A stretch of DNA of 20,000 bases, taken from the IMG/VR virus record IMGVR_UViG_3300032225_002272; one strand, written 5' to 3'. A program made the position numbers and the translations under genes. Numbering within the stretch: the first letter of the stretch is position 1; each line of letters starts with the position of its first letter. Positions 6,786 to 14,649 of the stretch are shown here, in pieces. This DNA comes from an uncultured virus (IMG/VR IMGVR_UViG_3300032225_002272) (Duplodnaviria; Heunggongvirae; Uroviricota; Caudoviricetes). Under the pieces are notes generated by a model. That model worked only from the letters and a program-made list of their open reading frames with translations. It was not told where the DNA came from and made no database searches.

Positions 6786-8042
6786 TTAGTCAAAATCAGA
6801 TAAATCTGAAGCGTAGCCTCTGTATAAATCTTCGCCTTTTGTTTTTTCCAGTTCTCTTTGATAATCAACTGTGTTAAAGTAGTTGTCTAAATCATCACTA
6901 CCTAAATCATCACCTTTTGAGTAATCTAACTCTGGCAAGTATTCTAATAAGTCGTTACGGTTACACTCAGTTGTGTGGTCACCAGCATCTTGTTTGTAGA
7001 ATACATTTAACTTAAATCCATCCCAAGTAAAATCATTGTATTGTAAGTCTAATGAGACTAATAAATCATTAATCATCATTTTTTCATAAGCAATGCGTTC
7101 TTTACATAAGTCAACTGATACAACTTTCTTAGTTAAAGAATCAATCTCTACATTAGAAACGTAGTTGTATTTTTTATCGTGAAACCAAACTTTATCAGTT
7201 TTAGCTTCTGGTTTTTTCCAACTGTTAATTCTTGAGCTTGATGAATAGCCGTAGTAATCATCCCAAGCATCCCAACCATATCCACCGTAACCTCCGTATG
7301 ATTTGTATTCAGTTTTAGAAGGGTCTCTATCTACTGGTAATCCATTCCAATCAACTAACAAACAAGCCTCAGCTAATTTAGTTAAGTGTTCAATATCTTG
7401 TTGTTCAGTAAATGTGTGTTCTGAACGATAACCTACAGAAATATTAGTACACTCAGAGTAGATTTTAATAAATTGAACAGAGTCAGTTAAGATGCCTGTT
7501 GGGTCATTTTTGTATGAGAATGTATCATCAGCCAAGTTTAATTGTTTTGATAAAGCCTCACCAAAAACATCTGAACAACATCTTTGTGAAGATTGGAAAG
7601 TAATAACTGAATCAGTGCCTCTACGGTCAAATGAAATTACTTTATTGATACCTTCAATCTTTTGGTCTTTTTGTACATTAGCAACTTTTCTTGAACCAAC
7701 ACAACCAACTTCTTCACCTAAGAAAAAGTAGTAAAGTCCAGGGATTTTATTTTCAATCATATAAAGCATAATTGTAACACCTGCTTTATCGTCAGCACCT
7801 AAAATAGATTTACCATCAGTCTTAATTATGTTACCATCAAAAACGTGAGTAACAGCAGTAAGTGCTGATGTTGCAGTATCTAAGTGCGATGTAAACATCA
7901 CATCACTCTCTCCAATTTTAATGAAAAGGTTACCAAATTCGTCTTTCTGTAATTCTGGATTCAACAAAGGGAAAACATCTTCCTCAGTACCGTGAGGATA
8001 TGTTCTACTTGTTAACTCAAGAAATTTCTCTTTTATGTTCAT
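6786..8042 (-). CDS. M28/M20-family zinc peptidase-like protein (start revised to MNIKEKF)
   Basis: Metal-binding motifs SHLDT, LGADDKAG, GEEVGCVGS, ISFDRRG, TD, NISVGY..EH; promoter TTTG(8108-8111)-N20-TATATTTG(8080-8087) upstream. Confidence 0.85.
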   Translation of the reverse strand: MNIKEKFLELTSRTYPHGTEEDVFPLLNPELQKDEFGNLFIKIGESDVMFTSHLDTATSALTAVTHVFDGNIIKTDGKSILGADDKAGVTIMLYMIENKIPGLYYFFLGEEVGCVGSRKVANVQKDQKIEGINKVISFDRRGTDSVITFQSSQRCCSDVFGEALSKQLNLADDTFSYKNDPTGILTDSVQFIKIYSECTNISVGYRSEHTFTEQQDIEHLTKLAEACLLVDWNGLPVDRDPSKTEYKSYGGYGGYGWDAWDDYYGYSSSSRINSWKKPEAKTDKVWFHDKKYNYVSNVEIDSLTKKVVSVDLCKERIAYEKMMINDLLVSLDLQYNDFTWDGFKLNVFYKQDAGDHTTECNRNDLLEYLPELDYSKGDDLGSDDLDNYFNTVDYQRELEKTKGEDLYRGYASDLSDFD

Positions 8043-8163
8043 CGCTATAAGTTTATAGTGTTTTTTCTTCTTCTTCATACAAATATACAAAAGTTATTAA
8101 CATTATCCAAATTAATTGAAATTTAATTTAATAATCTGGAATTGTTTTTTTAATATATAAATC

Positions 8164-10446
8164 ATGCAACAAATAGTTTCAAGTTTAGAAAATGGCACAG
8201 TTAATCTTTCTGATAAGTTTGATATAAATGTCGGTGCATACTCAGTTGATGCGACTCCATATTTTAACTCAATCGGTAGCGAATATACAATAAGTTTTCT
8301 TAATTTACAAGATGTTAGTCAATTAACTACATTTAAGTATGATACTTTAGGTATGACTGATACTAGATTTTTGAAAAACTATTATCGAATCTCAAGAGAT
8401 AATGTTGCTTGGACAGAATGGTATGACCTTAAAAGAGCTATTGATAACTTTCCAACAATTGATTCTAAAGATCCTCTTTATTTAGATGTTAAATGGGTAA
8501 GAGCAGGTTCATCAGCTGTTGGTGCTATTCGTCTTTTAGAATATTCAATTGGTGGTAAAGTTGAAAGAAACTTAGTTGAAACAGCCGGTGATGGTGTAAG
8601 TACTGTTAATTTAGTACCAGGTGAAACATCTATTTGGAAAGCTCCTTTTATTTATAAGGTATTTAGTGTGACCGATATAGAAATTATATCAGCTGGTGAT
8701 CTTACGGGTGTTGATATTAAATATAGATTTTCTCAAGATAATTCTAGAACTTGGTCTAATTGGGAACCATTCACAAAAGAAAATATAACAACAGTTAGAA
8801 TTAACCCTGTTAGATTTTTTCAAATTGAATATTCAATAACAAACAATTCCCAATCAAATAAAAGTGTTCAAGATATTAATATAATAGGAGATTTTCAAAA
8901 TGTTAGTAAAGATTACTTCAAAACTAACTTATATGGTATCAGAGAATGTTGTCAATCTAACTTAGTTGGTTATGTTGATCCAAGTGGTAATTTTGTACCT
9001 GCTGATAATACAAATGGTTCAGGTACAGGTGCTGGCGGTGGTATATCTGGTTCGGGTGGTTCTTGTGATACAACTGGTAATGGTTCAACTTTACCAGAAT
9101 TAAATTCTCAAGATAAGGCTAATTTGTTTAATCCTTATAAACAAAATACAGCTATGGACTTATTGAATAAACTAAGTGCAGATGCTGAACAAATGTTTGG
9201 TCATAGAGTTATTTACTTTGTTACTGATCCGGATAAGAAAGGTCAAGATCATACAATGCATGAATATCAATTATATAATGTTGTTTGTGAAGGTAATATT
9301 AAAGTAGCGGTTGATGGTAATAATTTTCCAGATTCTCAGATAGTAATGAATCAATTTGATTTAAGTCTTTTTGAAGCAATGACCGTTCACATCACAAAGA
9401 AACAGTTTAAGGAAATATTTGGTCCGCAAAGAAGACCATCAAAAGAAGATTTTTTATATTTCTGTGATGTTAATAGAATGTTCCAAGTGGACCATGCTCA
9501 ACAGTTCAGGAACTTTAACAACTCAGCTATCTACTATAAATTGGTTCTTAAAAAATACAGTCAAAAAGCCAATGTCAAAGCTGGTACTCAAGAGATTCAA
9601 AATAAGCTTACACAGCTTACTAAGAACTCCACCATTGATGAATTATTTGGTATTGAGAATAATCAGGATAAAGCTTCAATTGCTAATAAACAACAGTTTA
9701 CTCCTTTAACCAAAGATCCAATTAGATTGGAATATAAAGCTACTATTGATAAAGAATTGATTGAAAACTCATCAACTATTATCAGTAAGGCACATTATGA
9801 TTTATCAACTGTTGACTATCAACAAGTTGCTGTTAAATATAAAAACTTCGATCCAGTTCTATCAGTATCTGATAACATTGGATATATGCTTTGGTTTAAT
9901 ATCAATAACTACATTACAGATGAAGTTTATAACTTTATGAACTATTATGATGCTAATACTAATTTAGGTTGGAAAGTTAATTTAAGCAATGATGCTATTC
10001 AAGTTATATTAAATTCAGATACTTATAATTTTGATTTAATGGGTTCACCTTCTACCGATAACATAGCTCTTGAAGAAGACACTTGGTATTGTTATGTTCT
10101 CAACATTAATCAAAGACAAAGAAATATGCAACAATATATTTATAAGAGAAATGTAGATGATGAAACAGATGCTGCTAATTTAAGTTCAACAATTCTTAGA
10201 AAAGTTTATAATAATTCTCAAAGTATTAAACCAATTGCTTATCAAATTGAAGGTGATGCAACTTGTGAAATACTTGCTTCTGATATGAAAGTAACTAATA
10301 TTAGAATGTTTACAGATGTTATACCTGCTGACCAACATAATAAAATATTGAATCAGTATGTTATTCGAGACGATTCCAAATATCTGGTGTTTGCAGATAA
10401 TGCCACTACTCGTCTCTACCTCCCTCGTTTTCCGCTATTCGAATAA
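8164..10446 (+). CDS. Putative virion structural protein: T4 gp14-like neck/head-closure domain with N-terminal beta domains and a C-terminal LamG-like domain
   Basis: AEQMFGHRVIYF...RRPSKEDFLYF..NRMFQV resembles gp14-type neck proteins; Gly-rich linker; C-terminal WF..DTWYCYVLN..NIRMF LamG-like pattern; AATATATA upstream. Confidence 0.55.
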   Translation: MQQIVSSLENGTVNLSDKFDINVGAYSVDATPYFNSIGSEYTISFLNLQDVSQLTTFKYDTLGMTDTRFLKNYYRISRDNVAWTEWYDLKRAIDNFPTIDSKDPLYLDVKWVRAGSSAVGAIRLLEYSIGGKVERNLVETAGDGVSTVNLVPGETSIWKAPFIYKVFSVTDIEIISAGDLTGVDIKYRFSQDNSRTWSNWEPFTKENITTVRINPVRFFQIEYSITNNSQSNKSVQDINIIGDFQNVSKDYFKTNLYGIRECCQSNLVGYVDPSGNFVPADNTNGSGTGAGGGISGSGGSCDTTGNGSTLPELNSQDKANLFNPYKQNTAMDLLNKLSADAEQMFGHRVIYFVTDPDKKGQDHTMHEYQLYNVVCEGNIKVAVDGNNFPDSQIVMNQFDLSLFEAMTVHITKKQFKEIFGPQRRPSKEDFLYFCDVNRMFQVDHAQQFRNFNNSAIYYKLVLKKYSQKANVKAGTQEIQNKLTQLTKNSTIDELFGIENNQDKASIANKQQFTPLTKDPIRLEYKATIDKELIENSSTIISKAHYDLSTVDYQQVAVKYKNFDPVLSVSDNIGYMLWFNINNYITDEVYNFMNYYDANTNLGWKVNLSNDAIQVILNSDTYNFDLMGSPSTDNIALEEDTWYCYVLNINQRQRNMQQYIYKRNVDDETDAANLSSTILRKVYNNSQSIKPIAYQIEGDATCEILASDMKVTNIRMFTDVIPADQHNKILNQYVIRDDSKYLVFADNATTRLYLPRFPLFE

Positions 10447-10560
10447 ACTTGGATAATTCAACAAGGTAAGTATAAATATTTTAATGTTATAAATGTGTGT
10501 AATGGTAAAAGAAAATCTCACAAGGGATATAAATGGATATATAAATCAAAATTTGAATAA
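10447..10560 (+). pseudogene. NUMOD1-like remnant of a homing endonuclease
   Basis: ATG-less frame TWIIQQGKYKYFNVINVCNGKRKSHKGYKWIYKSKFE*; CxGKRKxxxGYKWxY is NUMOD1-like. Confidence 0.55.
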
Positions 10561-10563
10561 AAT

Positions 10564-10598
10564 AAAAAAAGCCTCTGATTTTAGAGGCTTTCTTTTTT
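10564..10598. terminator. Bidirectional intrinsic terminator between convergent genes
   Basis: A7-GCCTCT-GATTTT-AGAGGC-TTTCTTTTTT. Confidence 0.8.
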
Positions 10599-12222
10599 AT
10601 AGAGTATTTTGAATTCTTATCATTGTTTCATCCTTACCAAGGATTTCCATTGTTGATACCAAGTCTGGACCTGGCATACCACCTGTAATAGCAACTCTTA
10701 AAGCCGGCATTACTTTACCCATCTTAACACCCATTTCTTGACAAAGGTCGTGAATAGTTTGTTTAATAGTTTCAGCATTCCAATCAATTGATTTAGTTAT
10801 GAATGAACTAAATACTTTTTTATAATCATCAGTTAATAACTTAACATCAGCTTCTTTAATCACAATTGGCTTAAAGAATATATCAGCAACAACTTGTAAA
10901 TCTTTTGTAAAGACTGCTCTCTTTTTACAGATGTCAACAATCTTAGAAATATTTTCCGGTGAATACTGATATTGGTCACCCATATCAATATGTGAAAGAA
11001 TTTCTTCATCACTTCTGTAAGTGTTCAAATGTTGAGCATTAAAGTGTTTAGCTTTTTCAACATCAAAACGAGCACCAGCTTTATGAACATGTGATAAGTC
11101 AAACTTAGAAATCATATCAGCCATTGTCATTACTTCGGTAGTATCAGTTGGAGACCAACCTAAAAGAACTAAGAAGTTCAACATAGCTTGTGGTTCAAAA
11201 CCTTCATCTTTGAAACCAAGATACTTAACAGTATTTCCTTTATCATCTTCACCTTCACCACCCATCGGGAAAGCAGGAATACCCATAGAAAGAGCTTTAC
11301 GTTTAGACAACTTGCCTTTACCATCTGGATTTAGAATCAATGGTAAGTGAGCAAAAGTAGGAGCAGTCCAACCAAATGCTTCATATAACATTAAATGAAG
11401 CGGAGTTGAAGGCAACCATTCTTCACCACGAATAACGTGAGTTGTTCCCATATCATGGTCGTCACAAACATTAGCCATATGATATGTTGGAATACCATTT
11501 GATTTAACTAAAACTTTATCATCAGTTTGATTTGTGTTCAAACTAACTTCGCCACGAATTACATCAGTAACAGTGATTGTTCTATTTTCTGGTGTTTTGA
11601 AACGAATTACAAATGGAGTTTTATTAGCAAGTAAAGCATCAACTTCTTCTTCAGATAAAGAAAGTGAGTTCCTCATTGACATACGAGTTTTAGTATCGTA
11701 AGCAAAGTGAGCATTTTCGGTTCTTACTTTAGCCATATCTTCTTCTGTATCAAAAGCATAGTAAGCCATACCTTTATCTAAAAGAGTTTGAATATGACCA
11801 GAATAATCTCTTTCTGATTGACGGTAAGGACCATTAGGACCACCTTTCCAAGGCGCATAATCTGGTTCGATACCACACCATTCTAAAGAGTCTTGGATGT
11901 ACTTTTCAGCATCCCCAACAAAGCGTTTTTGGTCAGTATCTTCAATGCGAACATAAAATATACCATCGTGTTTTTTAGCAAACAGATAGTTGTAAAGGGC
12001 AGTACGAACTCCACCGATATGTAAAAATCCTGTTGGTGAAGGAGCAAAACGAGTTACTACTTTACCTTTCGGTGTAATAGAATCTAAAGCATCTAAACTT
12101 TTTTGAACATCAGGAGATTGACCATCATCATTTGTAGCAAGTGTATGAAGAGCGTTGTCTTTCATTTCACCTTTTGATTCAGTAAGAAATTTATCTCTAT
12201 TTTTAATGTATTTCATGTCCAT
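10597..12222 (-). CDS. gltX: Glutamyl-tRNA synthetase with an N-terminal extension of about 50 aa (start 12222 or 12216)
   Basis: VVTRFAPSPTGFLHIGGVRTALYN (HIGH), RIEDTDQ, PYRQSER, THVIRGEEW, KLSKRK, LRVAITG..GPDL. Confidence 0.95.
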   Translation of the reverse strand: MDMKYIKNRDKFLTESKGEMKDNALHTLATNDDGQSPDVQKSLDALDSITPKGKVVTRFAPSPTGFLHIGGVRTALYNYLFAKKHDGIFYVRIEDTDQKRFVGDAEKYIQDSLEWCGIEPDYAPWKGGPNGPYRQSERDYSGHIQTLLDKGMAYYAFDTEEDMAKVRTENAHFAYDTKTRMSMRNSLSLSEEEVDALLANKTPFVIRFKTPENRTITVTDVIRGEVSLNTNQTDDKVLVKSNGIPTYHMANVCDDHDMGTTHVIRGEEWLPSTPLHLMLYEAFGWTAPTFAHLPLILNPDGKGKLSKRKALSMGIPAFPMGGEGEDDKGNTVKYLGFKDEGFEPQAMLNFLVLLGWSPTDTTEVMTMADMISKFDLSHVHKAGARFDVEKAKHFNAQHLNTYRSDEEILSHIDMGDQYQYSPENISKIVDICKKRAVFTKDLQVVADIFFKPIVIKEADVKLLTDDYKKVFSSFITKSIDWNAETIKQTIHDLCQEMGVKMGKVMPALRVAITGGMPGPDLVSTMEILGKDETMIRIQNTL

Positions 12223-12240
12223 ATATATTATTTTTAAAAA

Positions 12241-12378
12241 TTAATCTTTGATTATCAATCCAATTATAAAATACCAAAGTAAGGCCCATCCACTATAGAA
12301 GAACCAGATTACAAAAAATAATCTAAACCAAAAACGGTCAATACCGGTTTTATTTTGTAGTCTTGTACAAGTACTCAT
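12241..12378 (-). CDS. Small membrane protein, PspC-domain-like (45 aa)
   Basis: MSTCTRLQNKTGIDRFWFRLFFVIWFFYSGWALLWYFIIGLIIKD; GID...RLxFV......G..LLxY.I pattern; promoter TTTG(12426-12429)-N20-TAAATTTG(12398-12405). Confidence 0.55.
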   Translation of the reverse strand: MSTCTRLQNKTGIDRFWFRLFFVIWFFYSGWALLWYFIIGLIIKD

Positions 12379-12439
12379 ATTTATCTTAATTAGATTACAA
12401 ATTTAAGAAAAAGAATTCTAATAAACAAATATATACTTT

Positions 12440-13018
12440 ATGAAATACTTAAAAAGATTTAACGAAGATATTGAGGCTACTATTAAAGCCAATAGTAATA
12501 TAAGTGCCAATATCGATACTAAATTTAATGATATCAATACTATCTATGATAAAAGATGGGAAAGTGAATTATCTGAGTATTTTACAATTAACTATCACGG
12601 TAAATTATACAAGTTCAAGAAAGATAACATAATGTTACATTCTGATATGGTTCAGATAACTTATGCTTCTACACCATTAAATAGTAATCAGGAAGGTGAA
12701 ATATGGGGCGTTCCAGACACTTTAGAGTTTGATGTTTACTTTGCTAAAGACGATCAAACTGATAAAATAAGAATGACTATTGATATTACTTATGGTGATT
12801 TAGTAGCTTGTGAATTTACAGTTGAACCACCTAATAAAGTAAAAGTGGTAGAATATACATCCTACCACTCTAAATTTGATCCTAGCAATACTGTGTTTGC
12901 TTTAGTAGATGACTCTCTACAATCCTTCATAAACTTCCTCAATAGATTTGAAGGAATGAAACTTAAAAAAGAGGATTTTAAGTTTTTGGATCAATATGAC
13001 AATTACTTGCCTAACTAA
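12440..13018 (+). CDS. Hypothetical protein with MKYLKRFNE N-terminal motif
   Basis: 192-aa ORF, AATATATA just upstream. Confidence 0.75.
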   Translation: MKYLKRFNEDIEATIKANSNISANIDTKFNDINTIYDKRWESELSEYFTINYHGKLYKFKKDNIMLHSDMVQITYASTPLNSNQEGEIWGVPDTLEFDVYFAKDDQTDKIRMTIDITYGDLVACEFTVEPPNKVKVVEYTSYHSKFDPSNTVFALVDDSLQSFINFLNRFEGMKLKKEDFKFLDQYDNYLPN

Positions 13019-13325
13019 TTTTAATAAATTCGGATTTATCAATTGATTTACCAATCCATCTATTTAGGAAAGATGCTTTGATCTCGTTATCAAATCTGGT
13101 TGTTCCTAAATCAGAAGATAATACTATTGTATTAACTTCATACATAGATAGACCACTTTCATCGTCATTAAATGTTGGTCCTTCTTCTACCGTTTCAATT
13201 GGAAACTGATAAATAGAATTTTCAATTTTTACATTGTAATATAAATTACCATGTGAGTAATGACTAAAATAAGCCATTAATTCTTTGTTTTTGAATAAGT
13301 ATTTTGTTACTTCATTCTTTTCCAT
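13011..13325 (-). CDS. Hypothetical protein at the end of the tRNA array
   Basis: 104-aa ORF starting about 24 nt after the last tRNA. Confidence 0.7.
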   Translation of the reverse strand: MEKNEVTKYLFKNKELMAYFSHYSHGNLYYNVKIENSIYQFPIETVEEGPTFNDDESGLSMYEVNTIVLSSDLGTTRFDNEIKASFLNRWIGKSIDKSEFIKIS

Positions 13326-13348
13326 AATTATGATTTTATTTTATCGAG

Positions 13349-13429
13349 TATCAGAAGAGAGACTTGAACTCTCATACCGTTAGGTGCTGGCTTTTGAGAC
13401 CAGTGTGTATACCATTCCACCATTCTGAC
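13349..13429 (-). tRNA. tRNA-Leu(CAA)
   Basis: GTCAGAA/TTCTGAT acceptor, CTGGT CTCAAAA GCCAG, long variable arm, A73. Confidence 0.9.
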
Positions 13430-13434
13430 ATTTG

Positions 13435-13506
13435 TAGCGATACCAGGAATCGAACCTGGTCCTCAAGGATATGAGCCGAGTGAGCTTGCCGTTACACCAT
13501 ATCGCC
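13435..13506 (-). tRNA. tRNA-Met(CAU) (or Ile2), weak anticodon stem
   Basis: GGCGATA/TATCGCT acceptor, loop CTCATAT, CCAGG TTCGATT CCTGG. Confidence 0.75.
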
Positions 13507-13511
13507 ATTTG

Positions 13512-13572
13512 TACCCAAAGAGAGACTCGAACTCTCACTCCTTTCAGAACTTGCTTCTTACACCATCTGGGC
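13512..13572 (-). pseudogene. Internally deleted tRNA-Leu
   Basis: Acceptor GCCCAGA/TTTGGGT, Leu-type variable arm and T-arm intact; D-loop and 5' anticodon stem missing (61 nt total). Confidence 0.7.
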
Positions 13573-13579
13573 ATTGTTG

Positions 13580-13666
13580 TAGCGGGGGCAGGATTCGAAC
13601 CTGACGTGTCACTTGCGCAACCCTGGGTTATGAGCCCAGTGAGTTTGACCTCTACTCTACCCCGCG
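13580..13666 (-). tRNA. Initiator tRNA-fMet(CAU) with a long variable arm
   Basis: C1:U72 mismatch, CTGGG CTCATAA CCCAG (three G-C pairs), variable hairpin GTTGC GCAA GTGAC. Confidence 0.85.
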
Positions 13667-13673
13667 ATGTTTG

Positions 13674-13745
13674 TGTCGATACCTGGAATCGAACCAAGTC
13701 CTCAGGAACATGTCCCCCTGCACCCTACCAATAGGCTATATCGAA
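13674..13745 (-). tRNA. Degenerate tRNA-Met-like, 8-nt anticodon loop
   Basis: TCGATA/TATCGA acceptor similar to 13435-13506; CAGGG GGACATGT TCCTG; normal T-arm. Confidence 0.55.
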
Positions 13746-13751
13746 GTTTAG

Positions 13752-13836
13752 TACCTGGAGAGGGACTCGAACCCTCACGGGCATTTCTGCCCACTGGATT
13801 TTAAGTCCAGCGTGTCTACCATTCCACCACCCAGGC
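13752..13836 (-). tRNA. tRNA-Leu(UAA)
   Basis: GCCTGGG/TCCAGGT acceptor, CTGGA CTTAAAA TCCAG, long variable arm. Confidence 0.92.
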
Positions 13837-13852
13837 AGGTGATTTTATTTTG

Positions 13853-13936
13853 AGCCGATGGAGGGACTCGAACCCCCGTTGGACTATTCGTCTCTGGTTT
13901 ACAAAACCAGTGCTGTCGCCACTGAGCCACATCGGC
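13853..13936 (-). tRNA. tRNA-Thr(UGU) with a long variable arm
   Basis: GCCGATG/CATCGGC acceptor, CTGGT TTTGTAA ACCAG, variable region AGACGAATAGTCCAAC. Confidence 0.85.
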
Positions 13937-13955
13937 ATATAATGGAGGAAAGTCT

Positions 13956-14042
13956 AAAGAGTGATTTTACTGAAGGACTTGAACCTTCAAAAGTTTGTTT
14001 TTAAGACAAATGTGTATACCATTTCACGAAGTAACACTCTTA
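13956..14042 (-). ncRNA. tRNA-Leu(UAA)-like element with an extended, closed acceptor stem
   Basis: D-arm GTG AAATGGTATA CAC, TTTGT CTTAAAA ACAAA, GAAGG TTCAAGT CCTTC; acceptor TTACT/AGTAA continued by AAGAGTG/CACTCTT. Confidence 0.55.
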
Positions 14043-14061
14043 ATCACCATCCATTATTTTG

Positions 14062-14133
14062 TTGTCCTGGTCGGTAACGATCCGACTACCTCTTCCATGT
14101 CACAGAAGCGCTCTCCCATTGAGCTACAGAACA
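14062..14133 (-). tRNA. tRNA-Val(GAC)
   Basis: TGTTCTG/CAGGACA acceptor, CTTCT GTGACAT GGAAG, T-loop ATCGTTA. Confidence 0.85.
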
Positions 14134-14139
14134 ATTTAG

Positions 14140-14211
14140 AGCTTCTTACCGGTAACGATCCGATTTCTCTAGTTTACAAGACTAGCGCATCACCATTAAT
14201 GCTTAAGAAGC
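14140..14211 (-). tRNA. tRNA-Thr(UGU)
   Basis: GCTTCTT/AAGAAGC acceptor, CTAGT CTTGTAA ACTAG, T-loop ATCGTTA. Confidence 0.87.
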
Positions 14212-14216
14212 GTTTG

Positions 14217-14299
14217 AGGTACTGACTGGGTTCGAACCAGTGTGACAGATTTTGCAGATCTGTGCCTCTCGTCTTTCGACACCACTCGGCCACAGTACC
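14217..14299 (-). tRNA. tRNA-Cys(GCA) with an extra hairpin in the D-loop
   Basis: GGTACTG/CAGTACC acceptor, U73, CAGAT CTGCAAA ATCTG; D-loop contains GTC GAAA GAC. Confidence 0.85.
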
Positions 14300-14309
14300 A
14301 TATGTTTTG

Positions 14310-14383
14310 TTGGACTGGTCGGTTACGATCCGACCACCTCCACGGTATCAGCGTGGCGCTCTGACCAAATGAGCTACAGTCCA
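14310..14383 (-). tRNA. tRNA-Ile(GAU)
   Basis: TGGACTG/CAGTCCA acceptor, CCACG CTGATAC CGTGG, T-loop ATCGTAA. Confidence 0.88.
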
Positions 14384-14391
14384 ATTTTTTG

Positions 14392-14464
14392 TAGTCCCGG
14401 TCGGTTACGATCCGACTCCCTCCACTATGTAACAGTGGCGCTCCCCCGATTGAGCTACAGGACT
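14392..14464 (-). tRNA. tRNA-Val(UAC)
   Basis: AGTCCTG/CGGGACT acceptor, CCACT GTTACAT AGTGG, T-loop ATCGTAA. Confidence 0.85.
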
Positions 14465-14478
14465 ATTCTAAACATTTG

Positions 14479-14553
14479 CTCCCCGTAGTGGATTTGAACC
14501 ACTGACCCTTCGCTTAACAGGCGAACGCTCTAGAACCGCTGAGCTAACGAGGA
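14479..14553 (-). tRNA. tRNA-Asn(GUU)
   Basis: TCCTCGT/ACGGGGA acceptor, G73, TTCGC CTGTTAA GCGAA. Confidence 0.92.
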
Positions 14554-14566
14554 ATTTATAATTTTG

Positions 14567-14649
14567 TACCGAAGGTGGGACTCGAACCCACACACCCTTT
14601 CGGGTACCAACTTCTAAGGCTGGCGTGTCTACCATTCCACCACTTCGGC
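14567..14649 (-). tRNA. tRNA-Leu(UAG)
   Basis: GCCGAAG/CTTCGGT acceptor, CCAGC CTTAGAA GTTGG, long variable arm. Confidence 0.92.

Noticed and set aside
12223..12440. Glu-rich attenuator leader upstream of gltX
   Set aside because: No Glu-codon mini-ORF or terminator found; the space holds a hydrophobic PspC-like ORF
13380..14488. ORFs 13380-13697, 13471-13734, 13995-14225, 14196-14384, 14252-14488
   Set aside because: All lie over tRNA genes and have no protein-like features
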